This document shows positions 24,401-36,400 of a stretch of DNA of 64,000 nt, piece after piece (position 1 is the first letter of the stretch; the number at the start of each line of letters is the position of its first letter). Below the pieces are notes generated by a model, which ran no database searches, was not told the origin of the DNA, and worked only from the letters and a program-made list of their open reading frames with translations. This stretch comes from Octopus bimaculoides (Eukaryota). The stretch is taken from the NCBI RefSeq assembly GCF_001194135.2, contig NC_068983.1, positions 123,358,218 to 123,422,217 of the forward strand, written 5' to 3'. Position numbers and translations under genes: made by a program.

Positions 24401-27400
24401 GATAATAATGGCAAACTCAAAGTAAGGATGAAGTGACCCCTGTAGCTTTGAATAAATGAAGTTTAGTATTAGGTATATTTTCCTCTTTGCAAATTCAATG
24501 TGCTTAAATAAATAGATGTGTGTGTGTGTGAGAGAGAAATGACAAATCATGAATTATGGTTACCTTTTTATGCAGTATTGCAGTAAGGCCCCTCTCAAGA
24601 TCACCAAGCTTGAAAAGACACTTTTTCATAGCATCAAAACATTCGCATTTGTTAGACGAAAGTTCTTCAACAGCAAGCTGGCGTTCATCAATGTCCCTAG
24701 AAAAATATCACAGATTTGGCAATTTTTTTTTATGTAATTATTTATCTTTATCAACAATACACACACTTGCTCATCAAAATCATGGAACCAGTGGAAGAGG
24801 GTGACAAAGAAGACATGGGATGAAGTAGTTAAGGCTGACCTGAAATTATCACATCTCATAGAGAAGATGACAAAAGACTGTGTAAACATTGCAAAATGAA
24901 TGTTAAGATTGGTAGGGATAAAGGGGAGGATGAGACGTAATTTATATAGACAGACAGACACACACATATCTGTGCTACTTTGATACCTCCTCCAACACTC
25001 ATTTCTCTAATACTCATATTCTATCCCTCATCTTATCTTCTTTCACTTTTAATGTACTTTGCCAATGGTGTAATTTAGAATAGCAGTGGATCTCTTCTTC
25101 TCACTGTACCATGCTTTCAGTGTAAATAGGACTATTACTGGACCTATTGAACCTCACCTCTCCAAACCTCTTATTCTTATAGCTCAACCTCTCTCACCCA
25201 TCACAAAGCATAAGTGTAGAGGACAGCATGAAATCTACTTGTATCCTAAATATTGTACTGTTACTTTTTGTGTACTTCTAGTCATTGCTTCCTCTCACCT
25301 GGGCTACATCTTATTGATATCTATCTCCCACTTTCACGATTCTCCTTTGCCATTATTGTCCATTGTTTTTCCCTCTACCAGCCTCTCATCCAATTATTCT
25401 CTACCATCATACACTTACAACCTTTATCAACCTATCCTTCCCCTTCTTCTGCCTTCAATCTCTCCTTTATTAATTTCCTCATGGATTATGAGGACATTTT
25501 AATAGTATGGGTGACAAGGCAACCCTACCTGTGCTGGTATCACAAAAATTTCCACCCAGCACAGTATGGAAAGTGGTAGGCACATAAGTAGAGATAATGT
25601 GGGTTCAAGGGGATCATTTATTCTTGTCATGGAAATGTCATCTTTATTGCTGGTGTGTCACAATATAATGCACTCTGAGAAACGGATGGTGAAAGAAAGT
25701 GCATCCAGCAATAGATATTATCATTATCATTTTAACCTCTACTTTTCCTGGCTAGCATGGGTCAGGCAGACTTTGTTGAGTCAAATTTTCTATGACTGGA
25801 TGCTCTTCCTGTTGTAACTTTTTCTTGTTTCCAAGCAAGATAATATTTTCTTATGGCCAGACATGTTTCACAGAAGACTGGAAGCAAACCACATTGTCTG
25901 CATGACAGTGATGTTCATTTTTACAACCACAAAATCGAAAACGAAATTGAACCAAATTCGGCGACTGGCACCCATGCCAACCTTCCTTCATTGGACACTA
26001 AACTCAGCTTGCGAAGACCTGTTGGGCAAGTGAGATTGAAACTGAACTAAATTTGATGACTTGCACCTGTGCCAGTGGAGCGCCAACAGCACCATCAGAG
26101 AGGGATCACTGCCAGAGCAGCGGTCTCGCTCCCATGCCGGTGGCACGTAAAAAGCACCATTTGAGCGCGATCGTTTTCAGCTTCACCTTACTGGCACTTG
26201 TGCCGGTGGCATGTGAACAAAACATTGGACTGACTCCTGTGCAGGTGGCACATAAAAAACACCATTTGAGCATGGCCTTTGCCAGTACCGCCAGACTGGC
26301 TCTCGTGCCAGTGGCACATAAAAAGCACCCACTACACTCTCGGAGTGGTAGGCGTTAGGAAGGGCATCCAGCTGTAGAAACTCTGCCAGATCAGATTGGA
26401 GTCTGGTGTAGCCATCTGGTTTGCCAGTCCCCAGTCAAATTGTCCAACCCATGCTAGCATGGAAAGCAGATGTTAAATGATGATGATGATGATGATGATA
26501 ACCATGTGATGTCAAAAGATGGGTGCATACATACATACACATATATACAAAGGGCTTCTTTCAGATGCTACTATCAAATCCACTCACTAGCTCAGAGCTA
26601 TAATAGAAAACACTAGTCCAAGGAGTTGCACAGTGAGACTGAATCTGAAACCACATGGTTGGGAAGCAAACTTCTCAAACACACTAACACACCTGTGCCT
26701 AACCAAACAAAAATAAGAAATGTATGTGATGTGGTCCTCCGACTTATCTAATCTATAAGAATTCTCACTCCAAATAAGAACTGACTTGGACCAAGACAAC
26801 CCATCCAACCCATCACAGCATGGAAAGCAGAGGTATAATGATGATGGTGGTATATACGTATGTATGTATGTATGTATGTATAAATTAGTTCAGCATTTAT
26901 AGTTTTTTGCCATTCTTCAACTTTGTAATAAAAAAACATTCAATAAACAGAAAAACTCAAAGGAAATTTACCTTTTTTTAATTAAGGGATTACAAACCCA
27001 AGAGCGGAGTCTCCTTTCTCCAAATTTAGTCAATGTCTTATTGAGAACCCAGAATAAACTTCCTTTTGATTTACCACTGGTGAGATTCTTTAACAACTCC
27101 AAATTTTGAACAGATTTGGCAGGAAGCTTCATGTAAGATGATTCCAGAGAGAAACATTTGAAACCACTGGAAAAAAATAATAAAAGAATTAAATAGAAAA
27201 GAAGCTTATCCCTTCAGTCTCATGACTCAGCTATATTATTGACAACATTCATTATGTTGAACTTCTTTCAGAAATCTCTAACTGTAGGTTTATCCTCCCT
27301 ATCAATTGCTTTCATAAGTTGTTTAAAAGTTCTCATATAATATGCCTTGAAGTTAGCTATCACACCTTGATCCATTGGTTGGAGTAATAGAGTTGTATTC

Positions 27401-30400
27401 TTTAGGATATATTCTACTCATACATTATCTGAAAAGTCATTTAAGTTCACTGAGTGGTTCGGTGCATTGTCTAAAAGATGCAATGCTTTGTTGGAAATAT
27501 TAATGTTTGGCATTGTAGCATTCTATGACAGGGCAAAAGACATTTGTAAACCCCACTTTGAAAAGAGTTTTAGTCATCCATGCCTTCTTATTTGAATGTC
27601 AACTCATGGATAGATTAAACTTTGTGTAAGCCTTGATATCCTTTAGATTTTCAGAGTGATACATGTGTAGAGACTTTAATTTCATATCACCAATAGCATT
27701 TCCATCCAAAAGAAATGTCAGATGATTTTTGGAAACTTTAAAACCTGGTGTCGATATTTCATCTTGAGAATTAAAAGTTCTCACAGGCATACACTTCTAG
27801 AAAAGTGCAGTTTCGTCAACATTGTACACTTGCTCTGGTATGTAGCTCCACTTCAGCAATCATTTCCAACTGCTTAGGATAATTAGTAGTGGCTTCTGTA
27901 TCAGTGTTCACAGTTTCACCAGTCATTTTTTATGCTATGCAAATTCATGCGCTTCTTAAACCTTTCAGGCCAACTTGTTACAAGCCAAAAAGCTTAACTT
28001 TTGGCTCTTTTTTGAACTACCATCATTTTTGTCAGTACAGAACACCAAATCTGATTCTCAATCCATACACTCAAGAGTCCTTCCATTTTAAGCATTACAT
28101 AAGATCTATGGAAAAATAGGGCCCAGACAGTTAACAGAATAGCTTCTTGAGCACTTGACACAATTTTCTTTCTGTTGTCAGACATTGTTCCCACAGTAGA
28201 CATTGCAAAATTTGATGTTCTGACAATATAACTTGGTTTTACTTCCGCATCAAGTCTTTTTAAAACATGTTTAATATCCAGTGTAATCCCTTAACAGTTC
28301 CTTATTCCACAACAGCTTTCAGGTTTACTTGATAGCTTCTTTCGAGGCATCTTAAATTGAAGGTAAATCCAGCAGCGGTGTTGATTAATTATCCACAACA
28401 AATATGTATAAAAAAAATTTAATTTGCCGATTTCTTCAAAGAAATGAAAAACTCTGGTCAAATGAAATAGAAATTTCATGTCATCTCTCCATCCTGCTGA
28501 TTCAGTAATCTTTTTTTCACCATTGTTGAAATTAGTTTGGAGTTTCTCATAATTACTTAGAAGCTCTGGGATGAATGCATATTCAATATTGGGAGATGAC
28601 TTTTTTCTCCAAATTTGTTATCCATTATAACACAAAGAACTCTGTCAAGGATACGATGCTGACAACAAATAAATTGCAGTTCTTTCAAACCCTTTTGAGC
28701 AAACAGTCTTTGCTAATGAATTACAATACCATTTCTTTTCCCACTGTTCACACTCATTGTATCAGTGACAATTATCTTTACACAATTCCATAAATTGTAT
28801 TCATCTAAAATAGCTGTTATTCCATTCAAAACAGTATCAGCTTTTCCCTTTGGTAATTGGAGTGTTTCAACTTAACTTCTCTGTTCATTCTTTAAAACTA
28901 GCACTTGGTATTCTTGGTCATCAATACATTTACCATCAGCTGGGGGAGACGTTTTTTTAAAAAAACTTTAAATAAAGGTTATTTTCCCTACTTACATGAA
29001 ATTGTTCATCAACTTTTGATACAGGAAATTGTTTACTTCCAAAAAATCAGTCATAAAGCCTAAGTACTGCAATAACCAGCCCACTCAAAAAGTACCTTTG
29101 GATCATAGGGTGACATGCCGTACTTGAGACCTATTGAGTCAAATACATCATCAACAACAAAATCAAATCAAACCACAATCAAATGGAAATTGTAGTTGTG
29201 GCTGATGCCAGCACTGCTTGTCTGGCTCCCTGTGCCAATGGCACATAAAAGCACCATCCAAACATGGTCAATGCCGGCCACCTCTGGCCCCTGTGCTGGT
29301 GGTACGCAAAAAGCACCCACTACACTCTCGGAGTGGTTGGCATTAGGAAGGGCATCCAGCTGTAGAAACACTGCTAAATCAGATTGGAGCCTGGTGCAGC
29401 CTCCTGGCTTTCCAGACCCCAGTCAAACCGTCCAACCCATACCAGCATGGAAAACAGACGTTAAACAATGATGATGATGATGATATAGGTGCAGGAGTGG
29501 CTGTGTGGTAAGTAACTTGCTTACAAACCACATGGCTCTGGGTTCAGTCCCACTGCTTTGCACCTTGGGCAAGTGTCTTCTACTATAGCCTCAGGCCAAC
29601 CAAAGCCTTGTGAGTGGATTTGGTAGACAGAAACTGAAAGAAGCACATTGTATATGTGTGTGTGTGTGTGTGTGTGTTTGTTCCCGTACCATCGCTTGAC
29701 AACGGATGTGTGCTCACATCCCCGTAACTTAGCAGTTCAGCAAAAGAAGCTGATAGAATAAGTACTAAGCTTACAAAGAATAAGTCCTGGGGTCGATTTG
29801 TTCGACTAAAGGCGGTGCACCAGCATGGCCACAGTTAAATGACTGAAACAAGTAAAATAAAAATAAAAGAATATATATATTTTCATAACATGAAACCAAT
29901 GGTAGCCTTAATAAACAAATAAATTTTATCCATTAATGCAGTGTTGAGCACCCATTCTCATTGTTCAACATTTATGTGTGTGTGTATGTGTGTCTATCTG
30001 ATTGAAAACAACATATGAACTCACCTACTAAGTTTTAGAACTCTCTCTAACTTGAATTCAGTGAGATAAGATATAAGTGCAGACAAACAACTTATCACAG
30101 TTGATGGTAATCCTATCACATCTTGTAAACGAATGACTCCACCTTTTAATAAAAGTAACAAAATGACACTAATTATATAGTGATTTCTGATACAAGTCCA
30201 CAAGCAGAAAGGGTTTACTTGATAATAATGACATTAAAATCTCCCTCACTGGTATTTTACTTTATCAACTACAGAAGGATATAAAGTTAACTTTGGTGGG
30301 ATTCAAAATCAGAAAGTAATGAGAACTAAAAAACAACATGGCATATTAAATATTTTTAAAAATCAATAAACAGTAATATAACTGAACATTAACAAATTTC

Positions 30401-33400
30401 ATGGAAATTAAACATATATTCCAAAGACACTTGATGAATGTAACAATGAGTAGGTTTGATTGTGTAAAAAGAGTCACTCATTCACTAAAAGATAAAATAT
30501 GAAGTAGAAGGAAATAGTTTTCAGGTGTGCAATTGTTGAATAGCTTAGGTCAGTTGTGACAAAAAGAATTCTAGTCAGGACCATCCTGTTTTGTTTTTTT
30601 CTCCTAGGTATTATGTAACTTGGACTACATTCTCCAATAAATCTTTATCTTTTATGAAATTTTGCTGTTAAATATGAGGGAGATTTCACTGCTACTTTTA
30701 AAAAGTCAATCAACCACATAGTTTCCCTTGTTGCCTCCTCTACTGTTAGTTGTCTGTTATGGTAAAGCCTGAATTTTAGTTTGTGTACGTATGGTTGCAG
30801 CATTCTCAAGAGATGTTAAGTATTGTGTTGTGCATCATATTGTTGATGAGCTGTGAAGGCAAGCTCATCAGAATGGTGAGAGTCAGAGAGATATAGGCTC
30901 TGCTGATATTTAGATTATATTTGCTTGAAGCCTTTGTTTTGGATGGGGCTAAGCTCTGCCCAAAGAGAAAAAGAGCTAGGGCGTCTCCCTGAATGATTCC
31001 AGCAGTTGCTGAAAACCTTTCATGCATGATGGTGATGGATTTAACAATCTCATCTGGGATACTGTAGTTCAACAGTATATACAATGTAGCTCTTCTGTTG
31101 GAGAAACTATGAATGAAACTGAGGCTTTTACTTGAAGATTCTAATCTCTTCTTTGATTCTGCTTTTCTAGTCTATGTAACACTGGATTATGAAGTCAACT
31201 GCTTGTAAGAATATATATGAACACTGGGTTGTTACTTCTGGGATGCTCAGCTCAGTTAGGTCTGATCTAGGGTTAAACAATAAGTTCATTTTATGGAGTG
31301 GTGGTCATGGTAGTAGTGTAATATGTTATTTAATAAAGGCTGACAATTATAAAATGAATGATCCAGAACTCACCAACTGTATGATCATTTCCATAGAAAT
31401 TACTGACAGTTTCAAATGCCTGCTGGTAAACGAATTTTTTTTCTGGAAGTCTCTCAATCCTGATACAGTCATCAGCTGAAGAGCTAAAAATAGATTATTA
31501 AACTAAAGAACAACGTTTTACAAACACATAAAACATTCAAAATAAACTATTAAGCTAATTAATAACTATGAATTTTCCATATTTTACTTTAACCCTTTAG
31601 CATTCAGATTACTTTCTTAAATGAAATACTAATTTATTCACAGTGTTTTGACTTAATCATGCATTATCTCATAGCTTTGAGATTTTGATGATATGATTAT
31701 TTGTTTTTAGAATAACACTGTAAGGTAGGTGTGAGAGGCCAATCTGATTGGGTTTGACTTTTTATTCAGGTAGAATATTTGGACTAGATATTACTGGTTT
31801 CAATACTAAAGAGCTAAGAGATCTTAGTCAGAGCATCAGCATTTAAACTGGTCATGACCAGCCCAAATATTCTTCCAGTTTTATACTGAAACCAATCCTA
31901 CAATAACATTCTAAAAATAAACAATCACACTGTCAAAATCTTGAAGCTACAAGAAAATGTATGATTAATTCAAAATAATGTGGATAAATAAGCAATAAAT
32001 TGGACAGAGTACTCTGAATACTAAATGTTTAATGTAGTTTTATAATTCAGGACTTGAAGTTATAAATATGTTGATAACCAATCAAGTCAGTTGGGTATCC
32101 CACTGCTAAATAAATATTACATTTGATAGTGATCTGAATGTTAAAGGGTTTAAGTTGTTCTGTTAGTTATTTCATCTATAACACTGTCGTTACTGTTGTT
32201 GTTTAGTGCCCTAGGTTAGCCTAGCTAAACTATAACCAAAGGTATTCCTGCCACAATCATGCAGCCTTTTTTTTTTTACAACTTCTCACTGAGACAGCTT
32301 CTATACAGTCACATGTCCAGCTAGATATAGCAAGGAAATCTCTTTCAAATTATATCTTAGCATTTTAAAGAAGAACACATCAAACTCTACCCTTTCAAAG
32401 AATTCACTCTGGATAGTGTAACTCTGGAAAGAAAAAAGATGGCCATTAAAAAAAATACCTTAGAACAGAAGTGTCCTTGAGTAAACGTTCTGTTGCTTCT
32501 GAGAGTGTTGGTGGTAGTAATATCTCCACTGGTTGGATATGCGTGATTCTAGTCTCAAGTTGGTTTCGACTGATCACATCAGTGAAACAGTCATAAATGA
32601 AGTCTCCAGTGGCAGGTTGAACAGCCTAAATAAAGGGAAAGCAACACTTCTGAGTAATCAAAAAATGACTACTAGTGGACAGCAGTAATGCTGGGGTACT
32701 TTTGTCAAACTTACACCAATTCTTATTGTAGTTTGGTACTTGTTTTATTGATTTATATTTGAGTTACAAAGTTACACCTCAACAGAGAAGGGTAGAACAC
32801 AGGTTTCCACAAAAATATTCAAAGACACACACATGGGTCTAATCTATGCAAGCAATGAAAAGTGGATTAAAAATGATGATGATATACACTCTTGGAGTGG
32901 TTGGCATTAGGAAGAGCATCCAGCTGTAGAAACTGCCAGATCAGATTGGAGCCTGGTGTAGCCATCCGGTTCACCAGTCCTCAGTCAAATCGTCCAACCC
33001 ATGCTAGCATGGAAAGCGGACGTTAAACGATGATGAACAATACAAATGTGCTTATTCAGAGAGTAAGCTGTAGAGAAAAAACTTGGCATGATAGAAGGAA
33101 ACTAATTGAAGTTTTGAAATCAGCATGCCAATTTTAGTCTAAATCAAGTGAAAAAGTCAATAGAAATTATGTTCGAAATTGTTCCCCTGTGTTAATAGTT
33201 TCTAACGGGCAAATCACTGGTGTACAACCATCCTGACTGATAAGGGATTGTCTGTGTAACCTGGTTGGAATAAATAACACAAACTGTTTTTGGTTTAACA
33301 CACCAATTTATCAATAAATTTGCAAAGTGTATACTTTGCTGATATATATGAACACATACACATGCGATGGATTTCCACAGAGTTTTTATCTGCCAAATTT

Positions 33401-36400
33401 CATAAGACACCTACACAAGATGTTGTGCAGCAAGATCAAATTGAAGACCATGTAGTTGCAAAAAGAGGACTGAACTATATCTCTATCCTGCACCCCATTA
33501 CTGGTACTATGCTGAACATAGGATAAGAACAAAAAGAATAACTTAGCAGCTGTGGCCTAAACTAACTAGGATCTATGCAATTAAATGAGGGATAACATAC
33601 TAAATGCTATGAGGCAAAAATAATCTTTAATTAATTAACATTAAAACTGTGATAAGTCCAGAAGTTAAAGGAGACAATTATGAAATCCTGATTTATTAAA
33701 ACTTGAATGATGTCAATGCAATGACGACAGGAGATGGGTAATAGTAGAAGTAGTGGCAGAGGAAAGTTGTAGTGGAAATGGTGAAAGAGGAGGCCGTGTG
33801 GCAATTGTGGAAGAGACATGTATTGGCAATGAAAGTAACCATAGCAATAGACCAAGAAGGATAAAGGATGAACTGATGAGATTATATTTTCAATCGATGA
33901 GTTTTATGAATAAGACAGCACAGGATTAAGAGTAATGGCTAAACTTTTCTAATCTATGTTAAGCAGGAAAAATGGATCATTAGCAAATAAACAAGGGAGT
34001 ATCTAGACAGTTACTTGGCCTACTAGAAACAGCAGCCAAATCTCCCTCAAATCACACTCCAGTATCTTAAAATAGAAGGGTCACATTGGTTAATCTAACT
34101 GGATGCACAATGTTTGAATAAAAGATGCAACAATTCCCATTGGAATGCTTTTGATAAAAGGTCTGTTTAATCAGGTTTTAAACAACATCTACAACGTGCT
34201 AAAGCAATGATAAGTAATTTGATGGTCTTCAAGGCTGAGAGGGAATCCTTTCACACTCATGTAAAAGAGAACAGAATATAGATTAATGAATTGGATTAGT
34301 AATTTATAGTTCAAACTGCGAATTGCATTACCTGCCTCAACAATAATTAACCAAAAGAAAGTTTGTAGAATCTCATTAAGTTTGATTGCTAGGAAGTCAA
34401 ATGTTTCAGGATCTTGTCTATCAATAGAGAGTAATGATCATCTATTTGTACCCTCCATTAAAGAGAAAGAACCCAAAATCTTAAGTCTTCCACTTACAGT
34501 CAACCTTACCAGTGCTCTACAAGTTGTACTCTACTCATCGAAATGCATATCAAGACGAAATCAAGATGAAATATTGGCATCGCTGAAAGACAGATTCAAC
34601 TTGATACTGTAGTGCTTCAGTTTTAGGGATGAGTGGTTCAGTGCCAGATTTTGAACATGATCAAATACATGATCAGAGAGTTTATATATCAATAAATCTA
34701 TATTTTCCAGCAAGCATTGATGGATTGATCAATAATTATAAAAGAAAGAAAAAAAAAATTATAACCATGCATCGATTGCAATGTTAAGGAGCTAGACTGA
34801 TGACTATTAGTTCAAATCCAAGAATAAACAGAAGGAAATGTCAAAGATAAGATATATTGCTCCACTTGAATACACTTTAACAACAGTTGACAGGGTTAAG
34901 TAGTGAGAAACTCATAAATAAAACAGATACTTATGATCCAATGAGAAAGCCTCTACATGGTCATTCAATTTGCTACAAATAACAGTCAAATCCCTTATAA
35001 ATCACACACACACTACTGTCTTTAGGAAATAAGACACTGAATAATGTAGTCTTACATTATATCTAAAAAAAAAAAAAAAGATGAGATGCCTTTTTTAAAG
35101 ATGATATGATTTAAAGGAGATTTGGCAGCTGTTTCTAGTAAACTGTACAACCATGTACAGGCTTCCTTGTTGGCACATAATATTACCTTGTATTGTGATT
35201 TGGCAGAATTGTTTAAGCACCAGACAAAATGTATTGCAGTATTTGTTTCAGCTCTTTACATTCTGTGTAAAAATCTTACAAGGTCAATTTTGTTTTCTTC
35301 TTTCCAGAGTTGATAAAATAAAGTATTAATCAAACACAGTTTGCTAATATAACTGACTGTTTCCTACTCCAAAACTTGTGGCCCTGTTTGCTTTACAAAT
35401 CAATAATACTAACTTACCACAAAACCAATGCTGAGAGATTCATTTGATTTTTTATTCTCTTCACAAGGTGTTTCAAAGATAGACATCAAGTATTGAGATA
35501 TATTGGCTTCAGTATCATCACTGCGGGCAATATCATTAAGTGGAGCAACATCTACAATAATAAATATGATAATAATAGTTAGCAACAAGAAGAAGACTAG
35601 TATAAGAGATGGAAAATTGTTTGCAAGAATATACTGCCGTGAATTGTGAAAGAGTCAAGATCAGTGACTATTTAAACAATGAAGACCAATTAATAACAGG
35701 GTTTGGGATCCATTAACTACGGAAGAGACAAAATTTATGCGCAACTTTAAGAAGGCTTAAACTATGGAGACTAAATCAAGAAACAAGTCAAGTCAATAAT
35801 GCATTGGTACACAATGAAACAAAGAACATTACACAAACAAATAATCTAATCAGGGCTGCAAGTAGAATTGTGGCAGAAAGGATGGGATTGAGAACTATTG
35901 AGAACAGAACATTGAAGGATAAAAGAGCAAATAAGCAATACAGGTGGAAAAAGAGAATTTCAGAAGATATAAACTCCTTGAACAGAGTAGTGTTAATGCT
36001 TGTCAGGAAAAGAAAAGGAGAATTGAAGAATGATTGCAAATTTGAAAAAGTGAGGAAGAAGTATGGTGTAGATAAAAAAGGTCTGAATATTGTAATTGAA
36101 GAACTGAAGCAGTGCATACTTGCTAAAAGGTTTGAACACTAGATTAAACAATACCAGCAAAACCAATTGTTTAGAATTGACCAAAAAAGATTTTATCAAG
36201 AAATCAATGATGGTATAGAATGTTAAAGATTAGTTCCTAATACTGATGAAAGTTGACAGCTCTGGGATAAGATATGGAGTAAGCAAGAACAACATAATAC
36301 AGCAGCTGAATGACTCTGTAGCCTGAAGCAAACAGCTTCTTATCCCCAGCAAGAAGCTATCCACATCACAGAAGACAGTATCAGAAATATGAGTACAAAG

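Noticed and set aside
26100-26340. Repeat-spacer-like array of tgccggtggca units resembling CRISPR
   Set aside because: Eukaryotic context, degenerate units, spacers related to each other, and the array is part of the RTE 3' UTR.
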